DNA of 64,000 nucleotides from contig JBHGNT010000004.1 of NCBI GenBank assembly GCA_043228905.1, forward strand, positions 5,952,001 through 6,016,000, given 5' to 3'. Shown here piece by piece: positions 48,801 through 59,981 of the stretch; position 1 is the first letter of the stretch; every line of letters begins with the position of its first letter. Below the pieces are notes generated by a model. That model was not told the DNA's origin. It ran no database searches and worked only from the letters and a program-made list of their open reading frames with translations. A program made the position numbers and the translations under genes. This stretch comes from Azolla caroliniana (Eukaryota; Plantae; Polypodiophyta).

Positions 48801-51800
48801 AGATCTGGAAGAAGACATATCCATGTCTCAACCGGAAGGTTTCATGGCGACGGGGGAGGACAATCACCTCATATGTCGACTAAAGAAAAGTCTATATGGC
48901 CTCAAACAAGTGCCGAGAATGTGGTACCAGAAGTTCAACTCCCACATAAGGCAACTTGGATACAACAGATTAGACTCCGACCCATGCATGTATGTTCAAC
49001 AATTGGTTGACGAGTTCAGGATCTATCTGATCCTTTATGTCGATGACATGCTGATTGCACGGAGCAATCAAGCAGAGATCGGAAAGCTCATGCGGAGCCT
49101 TCACGCAAAGTTCGCGATGAAGGAACTAGGACAAGCCCGACACATATTGGGCATGAGAATAGAGCGAAATCAAACGACAAGGACTCTCTGACTCTCCCAA
49201 TCTTACTACATCCGCAAGGTGCTGAAGCACTTCAACATGGAGAACGCGAAGCCAGCACCGACACCACTTCCGACGTCGATCAGACTATCATATAGAGACT
49301 CTCCTATAACGAACAAGGAGAGAGAGCTTAATGGAAAGATACCCTACACATCGGCAATAGGAAGTATCATGTACGCAATGGTGGCGACCCGACCCGACCT
49401 AGCCTATGCCGTAGGGGAGGTCAGCCAGTACATGTCAAACCCAAGAAAGAAGCATTGTGAGGCTATCAAGCACATCCTTAGGTATCTGAAAGGAACCACA
49501 GATGCACAACTAACATTCGGTTCAACAACATCAACCAAAATCGAAGGCTACATTGACTCCAACTATGCTGGAAACATGGACAATCGAAAATCGAGATCAG
49601 GCTACATCTTCACCTATGGTGGCGGTGCGATATCATGGAGGTCAAAACTTCAAGAGTGCACGACTCTGTCTACCACAAAGCCAAGTACATAGAAACATCG
49701 GAAGCAGTGAAGGACGCGATCTGGCTGCACCGACTGTCTGCCGATTTCGGAACTGCAAACCAAATAGACTGACCAACGCCGACCATCTATTGAGACTCAC
49801 AGAGCAGATGATTGTAATCTCTGAGGGAGAAAAACGCGTTGTGCAGAAATAAGAAGCTTTCTATTAAAGCTCGTATCTATGTAAGTCTATATCTGCGTTC
49901 TCTATCTTCTGTGTATATGTTGTTTGCTATTCATAGCCATAAGATCCGAACACACACTTCCACATAACTGTCGACATTAACCAACAACAAGTAGGTACGC
50001 AGTGCTCACCGGGTGAACGATCCTTGATTCGCGCTTGCAGACTCAACGACTACCGCGGTAGCATACGAAGAATGAACACTAACTCATGCTCGTCTGATTT
50101 CGTGACAAGAATGGGCCGAGAGACACACACAAACACGTAGAGGACCCACAAACAAGGAATCCATTAAGACAACTAGGCGAAAACAAAGCTTTCGAGAATA
50201 CAACCGGCAAGCCGGTGAGCGACCACACGCAAAGACCCACACGCACACAGAGCACGCAGTGGAGCCTCTGTCGAAGCGCACGAGCTTCTCCCTCGAGCAG
50301 AGGCAGCTGACCAGAACCTGCAGAGCTCAACGAAGAAAAACGAGAAGAGTGATCGGTTCCCAGTCCGATAACACTTCGTCCTCCCAAAACGTGATAGATG
50401 TTTTAGCCATTTTTCCCTTTCTTTTATAGGCCGCCGGGGAGGGCCGTCATATCCTGAATATATCATCTTTATTCCCTGTCCCTTTGGACAGAGATACGCA
50501 TCAATTTCCTTGCTAATAAATGTGTACTACCTAGTATATTTACATTAGCCGACCTATTCCTAATTATGTACATCTTATCAATACTTGTGCCCGCGTGTAA
50601 GGGCCGGTTCATGCACCTTTCACCAATTCTGCCTAAGGCCGGTTTACTTCACGAAATTCACCCCCACCAAACCCCGCATCCATCGGCATGCGCTAGAGAG
50701 GGACAAATGCTGGAGAAAACCAGCTCGCGTTCACCTGTCGCTCTCCAAAACTTCATCCGCTTTGAACCAGTTGTTGCTGTCGCCCGCGCTTACCGGGTTC
50801 GGTTCGCCTTCATGCAACTTCTTGAAGGCCTTGATCCTCTTCCCGGCTACCAACACCGCTATCCGTGTCTCGTTGAGCTCCGCAAGATGGTAGGTGCCAT
50901 TGTCGTTCGCGCTCGTTACGGCGTAGGGCCCGAACCACTTCCATGCGAACTTACGCACCACCTTGTGCTGGTTGTCGAGGCTGCTGTCATACACCAACAC
51001 CCAGTCACCTTCCTCGATCTTCTTTGGTCATAGCTGATGCATTCGGTCGAACCGGCCTTTGTTCCTTTCCCTTGCCGCATGCAGCTTTGCCTTTGCCCGC
51101 TCCACGTGCTCCGGTCTTCACCCGAGTTGTCGAATCCGCGCCGCCAGTAGCTCTTCCCAGCTCACCTCTTCTCTCCAGTGCACCGTCATCCACGAGGAGA
51201 TCGTTCGCTCTATTGGCATGATCGGCTTCTGTCCATACATCAGCTCTGCTGGCATGAACCCGGTTACCGAACTATGCGTAGTTCGGTCCGTTCACAATGC
51301 GTACGGTAGGAGCCACGACCAATTCCCGACTTGTCCTTCGCAAACCCATACTAATGCCTTCACAATCGGCCCGTGCCCGCATTCTACCTTCCCACTCGCC
51401 TTTGGATTGTATACCGTAGTGAGGGAAAGCTTAACCCCATGCCGGCTGAACAACTCGTCGGATTCCTGCGCATCCAGCTCCCCCCGGTCAGCCACGATCT
51501 TTCCCACGCACCTGTACTGGCACACCACTTCCTCAATTAGGAACCGGCACACGGCTACAATTGTCTTGTTCGGCAATGCCCAACCTTCACTTGGTTCTTC
51601 AAATCCTCTCTTTCCAGCACGAGGTACCGCATCTACCCTACCCCCATCGGCATCGTCACCAAGTCCACCATTCATTTGAAGTGGATGGTTGGCGAGTAAG
51701 TTGGGTGCAGCTTGTCCCGATGCCGGACTACGGAATGCATCTGGCAGGTCTCACAAGTCGTAACAAACTGATGAATGTCCCGGTACAATCCCAGCCACCA

Positions 51801-54800
51801 ATACTTCTCCTTCAGCTTTTTGAACATGGCCCACATTCGCGATGTCCGGCCTAAGGACTCTCGTGATACGCCGTTAGCAACACCTCCTGGCCTTCCTTCT
51901 TTGCCACTACCTAGAGTGGGACGCCGCCTCGCTTCTTCGGGTGTTTCTATATGCTTCCGTCCTGTAGAAAGAACTGGTACGCTTTCTTCCGAATCCGGTT
52001 AGCCTCTTCTCTCGTCCACGCCACGTCCGACGTCATCGTCTTTAGGAACCCACCGATTTGGAGCCAGTCCCCATCATACATGCCGTCATCAAACTCATTA
52101 AGCGTCGGGGTGCTCCCTCCCTCGTCGTCACGTAAGACGACTCGAAGAAGTCCACTCCGACTTCCTCGTCCTCCGAAACCATGCTGTCTTCGTCATCAAA
52201 CCGCACTCTCGAAAGCATGTCGGCCATGGCGTTATCCTTCTCAGAGATGTGCCATATCTCCGGATTCAGGGACTTAATGTACGCGATCCACCTGAGCATC
52301 TCTAGGTCCGGCGTTGCGCATCCGGAAACCATACCGAGGATCGGTATGCAGTCCGTCTCGATTATCACCTCCGCCCGATCAAGTAGTCTTTGTCGGCCTT
52401 GACTGCCGAAACGATACCCAAGAGTTCATGTTTAACCTGGGCATATCCTCGTTGCCGCTCACTAAGTACTTTCGCCCCGAACCGGATGGCAAACCTCGTG
52501 CTGTTCTCGTCCTCTTGGTTGATCACCCATCCTATCCTGGTCAGGCTTGTGTCTACGGTCACGTAAATCGGGACCTCCTGATCGTAAACCGCTTTCCGGA
52601 GTGCCAGTGCCACGGTAAGCGCTTCTTTCAATCTCCGGACTGACCCCGTATGTTCCCCGCCCTTTCTTCAACAACCCGTAGAGCGGCTCCGCGACGTGTG
52701 CGTAGTGCGGAATCTAGATGTGGTAGACTGCGCATGCGCCCAAGGACCTCCGGACTTCGGTAACTGACTTGCAGTCTTCCTTCATTCCGGAGATGGCTTC
52801 TACCTTTGCCAGGAATGGTTTCCAGGCGTAAGGTCCGCACAAGTGACCGACGACCATGATCTCTAACTGCCCGAAAGCCGATTTCTCTCCGGAGAAGGTG
52901 AGCCACGTGCTCTCGAGTCTTGGTAGCACCCTCTCACAGTCATCGATGTGGTCCGCCACGAATCTCCGTCAACCGTCTGGCCAAATCGATTCGTCCTCAT
53001 CTTCCACTAGGCATCCTTTGATCGGGATATCATCCAAGAATGGCATGGTGATGTCTGGGATGCAGTCCTTCACAACTTTGTTCATCGCATTCACCATGTG
53101 CGCCACTGAGTTGGTTCCTCCTTGCAGTAGGGTACACATCCGCACTAGGCCAAGAGGAGTCCGCATCGTCGTAATATCCCTGCCCTCCATGGCTACTTGG
53201 AATTGATCGTACCCCGAGTACAGGTCACCGACCGAATAGATCAACCTTCCGGCGAAGGCCTCGGCAAACTCGTCAATGGTCGGTCCGATTGTTGCGTTCC
53301 GAATGGCCACTTTATTGACCGGTTGCAGGTCTTGAATGAAGCGCAACGTGCCGTTCTTCTTCGGCACAGTAAACCACCGATTCGAATACGGGGCACTCGA
53401 CGGCTCGAGGATGCCCATATCCACCTTCTACTTCAACAACTCTGTCAACTTCGGGATGTGAGCTCTTGGTACCGGAATTGGCTTGAGATTCCACAGCACA
53501 TGAGGTACTGTGAAAATCACCATTGGTTCCACGATCGTCGGGTCTACGCACCCGATCTCCTTCGGTGAGAATACGAAGGCCTTCCCATGCCTTCCAAGCA
53601 TTCTCCGAAACCGCTCCTCCGCTGGCAGTAGGAAGCCACCCCCACCGACCTTGAGCTCCTGTAGCATTTTGTCGGTGAACCGATGTCCTATGCTGACCGT
53701 ATTCCGCAAACTTGGGTCCGACGTGACCCGTTTCATCTGTTCCTCACTGCGCTCCGGTAAGGGTGCCGCCACTGGCCTCACCTTCCGGTTCACAGTCTTG
53801 TACCTCATATCCACGCAGGCCGTTCGATCCAATTCGACCCTTTCCCCAAAGTCGGCAATGACTTCGTACATCTCCACCGAGTTAACCGGAATCACCCCGG
53901 TCTTCACTGAAGCCTTCTTCGATCATCTTTCCCATTTCCCCCAGGGTGTCGTCGAAATAGATCACCTCCATGGCGCTACTAATTTCCTCGTTGGGGTTGA
54001 GGACTCCGCACTCTCTGAAACACTCCTCGCCCCTCTTCATCTCCCGGCCACCGACGCCGGCTATCGTACAACCTCCGTCGTTGGAGACCCAAAACTTACT
54101 ACCTATGGTACACTTGTGGAGTTCTGCCGGAAGGTCTTGCGGTTACGCTCATGGTTCGGTCGCATTGTAAGAAATTGGATGGAGTGCTGCTCATCTTGGC
54201 TCTTCACGCGTATGTACGCCGAACCATTATCCAACACCTTTGTCTCCATGCGAGCCGCTGTAATGTATGGTTCGCCAAGTATCACTGGGTGCGAGGATGT
54301 CTCCTGCACGAAGAAGTGTTGATCAATCTCGACATCGCCTATTTTCACACGTACATTCGGGCAGGCCCCATGCAACTCCTCTGTGGCGCAAGTCGCCGCG
54401 CGTATCTTCCACCCGTGCTTGGTGTTGATCAACCACTTTCCCTTCTTATAGAAGTCCATAGACATCAGGTTTATCTCCGACCCGTGGTCGATCAGTGCCA
54501 CTACCGGCTCCTGGACATCCTCGACCCGAACGGGGGTTTCGGTAGTAGCCCTTGCCCAATGCAACTTCGAATAGTGGCTCTCTGCCAACTCGTCTTCCAG
54601 GGCCACGTCCTCCAGGTGCGTCATTCATACCACCACGGGCTTCTCTGGTTCCGGCTCCGTCGAGAGCCGTTTCCACTTCACCAAGTCCACGATGGAATCG
54701 TGGAACTCTTTCTTTCCAATCCCGAGCACCTCCTTCAGCGACAACTCCACCTTGCTATCGAGAATCCGTTCCTTGAGGACCTTCCGCAGGTCCGTCGTCC

Positions 54801-57015
54801 TCTCAATCTTCGTGCTTAGCCCGTAACCCGCCCGCTTCGTTCTATCCGGCGTGCCGATGTTACCGACATCATTCTACTTCGGCCCGAACCGGTTCTCATA
54901 CCGCTAGGAAGATCCGGCCCCTCCGGCCTTTCCCGCACACTTGTCTTCTACTAGAACCTCGTAGTTCTGGCATGTCGCTTCAACGAATCCGGTTTTCTCC
55001 TCTACCGCGTCGTCCGATCCGGTAACCTCTCGGATCCACTTCTCCGCATGGTCCGCTTCTTCCTTCCTCATCTGTACGCCGGTAAGGCCTTCTAGCACCA
55101 ATGGCCAGAATCCAAAGTCTTTCGTCTTTCAGCCTTTGTCGCTTCCAACCCGGATTCCTATCTGTGCCGAGTAGTGGACGACCTCCGCATGGTGCACTGC
55201 CACTTCTTCCATCAACCTTTTCATTCCTTCACGCCCGGTATTGAGCTCCAAGGCTTTCCGAGTGTTGCCAGCGTGCACTCGCCCGTTCCACAAATACACC
55301 ACATTGCTTCTAAGCGCGTCTGCAAAATCCAAGCACTCTTTCCGAACGTGGCCAACCGCGTCGCAGCACATGCACTGCTACCTAGCCAGAGGCCTCCGGT
55401 CGCGGGATTGTTCACCGTTGTCTCTCCGTGCTTGCACGATCTGGAGATCGTGCACGATTTGCATCAGCTCTTCCAGAGCCACTCCCCCGGATGAGCCTTT
55501 GACCACGCCGGTCGAGGTCGAGGTTGTCTCAAGCCAATCCCGGGTTTCCTCCTTTCGTGCCGGCGAAGGTTCCTCGAACTTCCTTGCTGTCTCGGGTCTT
55601 ACCGTCAACGAACCCTCATTGCCCCATTTGCGCCATTTATCGAAACGAGTACAGACTCTTTTTACCACGGCCCAGTCGGCCGTCAGCCTGTCATCTGTCT
55701 CCAGCAGGAAACCCACTTGATCCTGATCCCGCACGTCCACCACTTTGACGAATAACAGGACATGGCTCGTGTCTAGCACGATCCTGTCCAGTGCCGAGAG
55801 CCGCACAAAGCGTTCCTCAAAGTCCCGGAGGAGTGCCGACGCATTCCTCCCCTTTCCGGGGGTCTCCACCCACTCCATGAAGTCCCGCTTCGATAACCAA
55901 AGTGCATCATTGAGCTCGTCCTTCTCGAGTAGCCGACCTTCAAATTCTCCCCGGGTCCGGCACCTAGCCTGTACCTCGAGCAACTCTGCATGAATGCTTG
56001 GCGTTGCTACCCGAGGGAATCCGGCCCGTCACCTGTCCTCCGGTATGTCCCTCATCACCATCTCGGCTCGGTAGGCCTCCAAATAGCCCATGGCGTTCTT
56101 CCCACCGAACCGGCCTATTGTGCTGACAATCGCTTCGATGGCCCTGTCGAGCACTTACTATCCGATCAACGGTTGTCACCATGGCTTTAACAAACTCTGA
56201 TCCCCTCATCTTCAACTCCTCTGCCACCTTGTTTCACGCTCTCGGGTGAAACAAATATGTCGTGTTGTGACACTCTCGCATAGGAAACTAAGGCGGAACC
56301 GCAGGGGCCCTAGACCGAGGAATACTCGAAACAGAGGGAGGAGCAAGGTGAAACAATGGGCCGGCAAGTAGGTAAGCAGTGCTCACCGGGTGAACGATCC
56401 TTGATTCGTGCTTGCTGGCTCAACGACTACCGCGACAACATACGAAGAATGAATAGTAACTCACGCTCGTCTGATTTCATGCCAACAATGGGCCGAGACA
56501 CACACACAAACACGCAAAGGACCCACAAACAAGGAATCGATTAAGAAAACTAGGCGAATACAAAGCTTTCGAGAATACAACTGGCAAGCCGGTGAGCGTC
56601 TGCACAGAGCACGTAGTGGAGCCTCTGCCGAAGCGCACGGGCTTCTCCCTCGAGCAGAGGCAACCGATCAAAACCTGCAGAGCTCAACAAAGAAAAATGA
56701 GAAGTGTGATCGGTTCCCAGTCCGACAACACTTCGTCCTCCCAAAACGCGATAGATGTTTCATCCATTTTCCCCTTTCTTTTATAGGCTGCCGGGGAGGG
56801 CTGTCACATCCTGAATACATCATCTTTATTCTCTATCCCTTTGGACAGAGATACACATTGATTTCCTAGCTAATAAATGTGTGCTACCTAGTATATTTAC
56901 ATCAGCCGACCTATTCCTAATTATGTACATCTTATCAATACTTGTGCCCACATGTAAGGGCCAGTTCATGCACCTTTTTCCCCGATTCCACCTAAGGCCG
57001 GTTTTCTTCATGACA
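45867..57015 (-). mobile_element. Non-chromovirus Ty3/gypsy Z (Phygy-like), full length, inserted in the gag of W; 3' LTR split by copia I
   Basis: LTRs 45867-50656 (interrupted 45995-49991) and 56258-57015. Decayed TSD TCGT (45863-45866) / CTGT (57016-57019), ancestral CCGT by comparison with X gag at 44311-44330. PPT from 50657. gag-pro/pol fragments at 50731-56208. Confidence 0.88.
45995..49986 (+). mobile_element. Ty1/copia I (same family as A), internally deleted
   Basis: 5' LTR 45995-46305, PBS TAGTATCAGAGC at 46308-46319, partial 3' LTR ~49802-49986. TSD GCAAG (45990-45994) / ACAAG (49987-49991). gag, PR, RT and RH fragments closely match A. Confidence 0.92.
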
Positions 57016-57756
57016 CTGTGCCCTCACGTGCGTTCACTAGCCGGTTCACGGCTACCGCCATGGCTTCCGCAAGCTTGCTTCCCCTCATTCTTCAGACTCC
57101 TCTGCCGCCTTGTTCACTTCGGGTTCACCAAATAATGTCGCGAATTTACACGCGTGTGTGTGAAACATAGGCGGGACCATGAAGGCCTCGGACCAAGTAG
57201 CACAAGAAGGGAAAGAAGAGAAACGACACACAATTATCAACAAGACGGGTACCAATGATTGATTAGGGAAATCGAGTAATTACAACCGGCTCAACCGGGG
57301 CCGAGCTACGAGCTCAACGAACAACGCACACACTCACACACCAAGATACAATAGGGAGCCTCTGATGGGAGCACACAGGCTTCCTACGCAAGCAGAGGCG
57401 TCTGTGCTAACAAAACGAAGCAGAAGGCAGAGATGGGTGCTCGGTTCCCAGTCCGACAACATTTCATTCCCCCCCTCAACGTGCGATTCTGCACTCAGTC
57501 CTCTCTCCCTCCTTCTATAGACCAAGGAGAGAGAGGCTGTTACGTCAAGTAGTTAATCACTGCCATTTCCGACAGAGATTCGTCTAGATTTATTCATGTA
57601 TTTAATTTGTCCTATTAGAGTCTCCTACATCACGCTGACCTAGCCTAGTCCTAGGTTATTTACAAGCATAGTTTATACTTTTTGTGCATCCTTGCATGCT
57701 ACATTTCACACGCCTTAGGTCTCTGTTTCTTCTTGTAGCTTGTTTTCTCCACGACA

Positions 57757-59981
57757 ATGCACAAAGAGAAGGGTAGAAGTAGATGCCAAAGTATGACACC
57801 GGCATAGCTGAATCAGATTGAAGTGAATCCGACTCTAGGACGAATGAAAAGGAACCTCCAAGGAAGAGGTCAAAGTTGGTTGAGAAGGTCGCGAAATCGA
57901 TGAATCAAGAATTGCGGTGATCTACCTGCCAAAAGCACCCCATAGTTCGGTATGGATATAACGAGTATATGGTGCATCGTTATGCGTACATGGTGAAGGT
58001 GGCAGCCATGCGTGAGCCGGAGAGCTACCCCGAAGTGGCTAAGAATCCAAACTGGCCGAAGGCCATGAAGGAAGAGATGCACATGCTCACAGAGAATGAG
58101 ACGTGGGCCTTGGTGGACATACCAACACGAGTGAAGCCAATCGGTTGCTGGTGAGTATACAAAGTCAAATACAACACCAATGGCTCCGTCAACCAGTACA
58201 AGGCCCGACTAGTGGCCAAGGGCTACGCGCAACAACATGGCATCGATTACGATGATAACGTTCGTGCCGGTCGCGAAGACAATGACAATCCGTGCCTTGC
58301 TTGTGGTGGCAACAACGAAGGGGTGGCATCTACATATTGAGGAATAGGTGTATATGATCTAACCCCCCGGATTTTAATCCCGAGTGAAGACATCGGGCAT
58401 ATGCCGGTTGAAGAAGTCCCTCTATGGACATAAGCAATCCCTGCACGCGTGGAACGCGAAGATCACGCAGAGACTGCGTCAGATGGGGTTTGCTCCGTCG
58501 AAATCAGACTCTTCACTCTTCATCCGGCAAGGTTGGAACGGGCCGAGGAGCATCTTACTCTATGTGGATGATCTTGTCATTGTCAGCATCGACCTGGATG
58601 AAATCAGCTGTGTCAAATCCCAGCTTGCGACATCATTCGAGATGAAGGATCTACGAGACCTCACTACTTCCACGGGATCGAACTGATCTGAACCCTTGAA
58701 GGCATACTGATCAGTCAACACCATTATGTGCGGAGTATGCTCTTCAAATTTGGTATGAAGGATTGCAAATCCGTCTCGACTCCTCTGGACTTGAATGCGA
58801 AGCTTCGCCCCGACTATGGAATGACATGCGGCTTGAAATGGTTCTGACAAATAGTCGGAAGCCTTATCTATCTGACCATCACCCGACTGAACCTCAGTTA
58901 TTCGATCGGATTGATCAGTCAATTTATGGGGCATCCGACCGTCGAACACCTTCAGTGCATGCACCACATTCTGAGCAGCACTAAGGACAGGGGGTTACCA
59001 TATCGGGCCGGTATAGTCGATGAGCTTATTGGCTACACGGATGCCAATTGGGCCGGAAATGCCGGCGACCGCTGGTCTACATCTGGATATGCGTTTTCGC
59101 GTGGAAGTGTCACGGTCGCCTGGAGCAGTAAGAAGCAACCGATAGTAGCACTGTTGAGCACCGAGGAGTGGCTGTCGTGACATGCGAAGCCATATGGCTC
59201 AAGTGTCTCCTAAAGGATCTACATGTGGAGGTATCCACTCCGACGATGATCTATTGTGATAACCTCAACAACATCCAATTGGCTAAGAACCCCATCTTTC
59301 ACGCCCGTATTAAGCACATCGAGGTGCACTATCATTTTTTCCGAGAGCGCGTTCTCTCCGGTGAAGTGGAACTGCTGCATGTTCCGACGGATCAACATGT
59401 GGTCGATATCTTCACCAAACCCCTCGGCTTAGGCAAGTTGCGGAAATATTCCGGTGCACTTGATGTGCAATACCATGATTTGCTGAACTTGAAGGGGAGG
59501 AATGAGAAAGACGACCAAAAAGCCGAGTCGAAAACCGATTTCGATTTCGGCCCGAATAAAGAAGTCGGAGTGCACAGGTCAGCCAAGAAAGCCGAGAGTG
59601 GACGTAGGGGAAGCTACTGGAATGGAGAGCCCAAGCTGGAGCCAGCCGAAAAAGGGGGAGGCAAAGCCTAAAAGACAGAGATACGCACATGGGCCGATTT
59701 CGTGAAAGGTCTGGAAATTGAAGAAGAGTTGGAGACAACCAACTCGGTCAAGAGCAGGAATGAATCGGGGACAACCAATTCGGTTGAGAGCAGAAGTGAA
59801 TTGAGGTCACTTGATCGAATTGAAAAGTTTGACTCAGAGGAGCCGAACCTACGATGGTCCAAGCGGACAAAAGGAGACCAGAAGACGATGCCGATACAGA
59901 GGAATATGTTGTACTGCTGGCCGGACTAGCCCCAACACAGGTGTCTTTCCGACACTTCTCCAAAGGGTGGTAAGGTTAGGA
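57757..59981 (+). mobile_element. pol: 3' half of Ty1/copia C (related to G): RT, RNase H and tail; outermost host
   Basis: Collinear with G 32909-34980 (REPESY, LYVDDLV, GYTDANWAG, HIEVHYHF, EELETTNS). No 3' LTR before the J boundary. Confidence 0.85.

Larger units (their letters stand above)
12819..57756 (-). mobile_element. Non-chromovirus Ty3/gypsy W (Phygy-like), outer host of the nest; only 5' LTR, PBS and gag fragments survive
   Basis: 5' LTR 57136-57756, Trp-type PBS 57113-57130. gag pieces at 57020-57090, 45113-45866 and 12819-12980 (CMWCNAVGHIRRDC knuckle) are collinear once X and Z are removed. Confidence 0.82.

Noticed and set aside
11465-59981. B (5' part) and C (3' part) as two halves of one copia element
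   Set aside because: Opposite strands, and B is inserted inside W whereas W is inserted inside C
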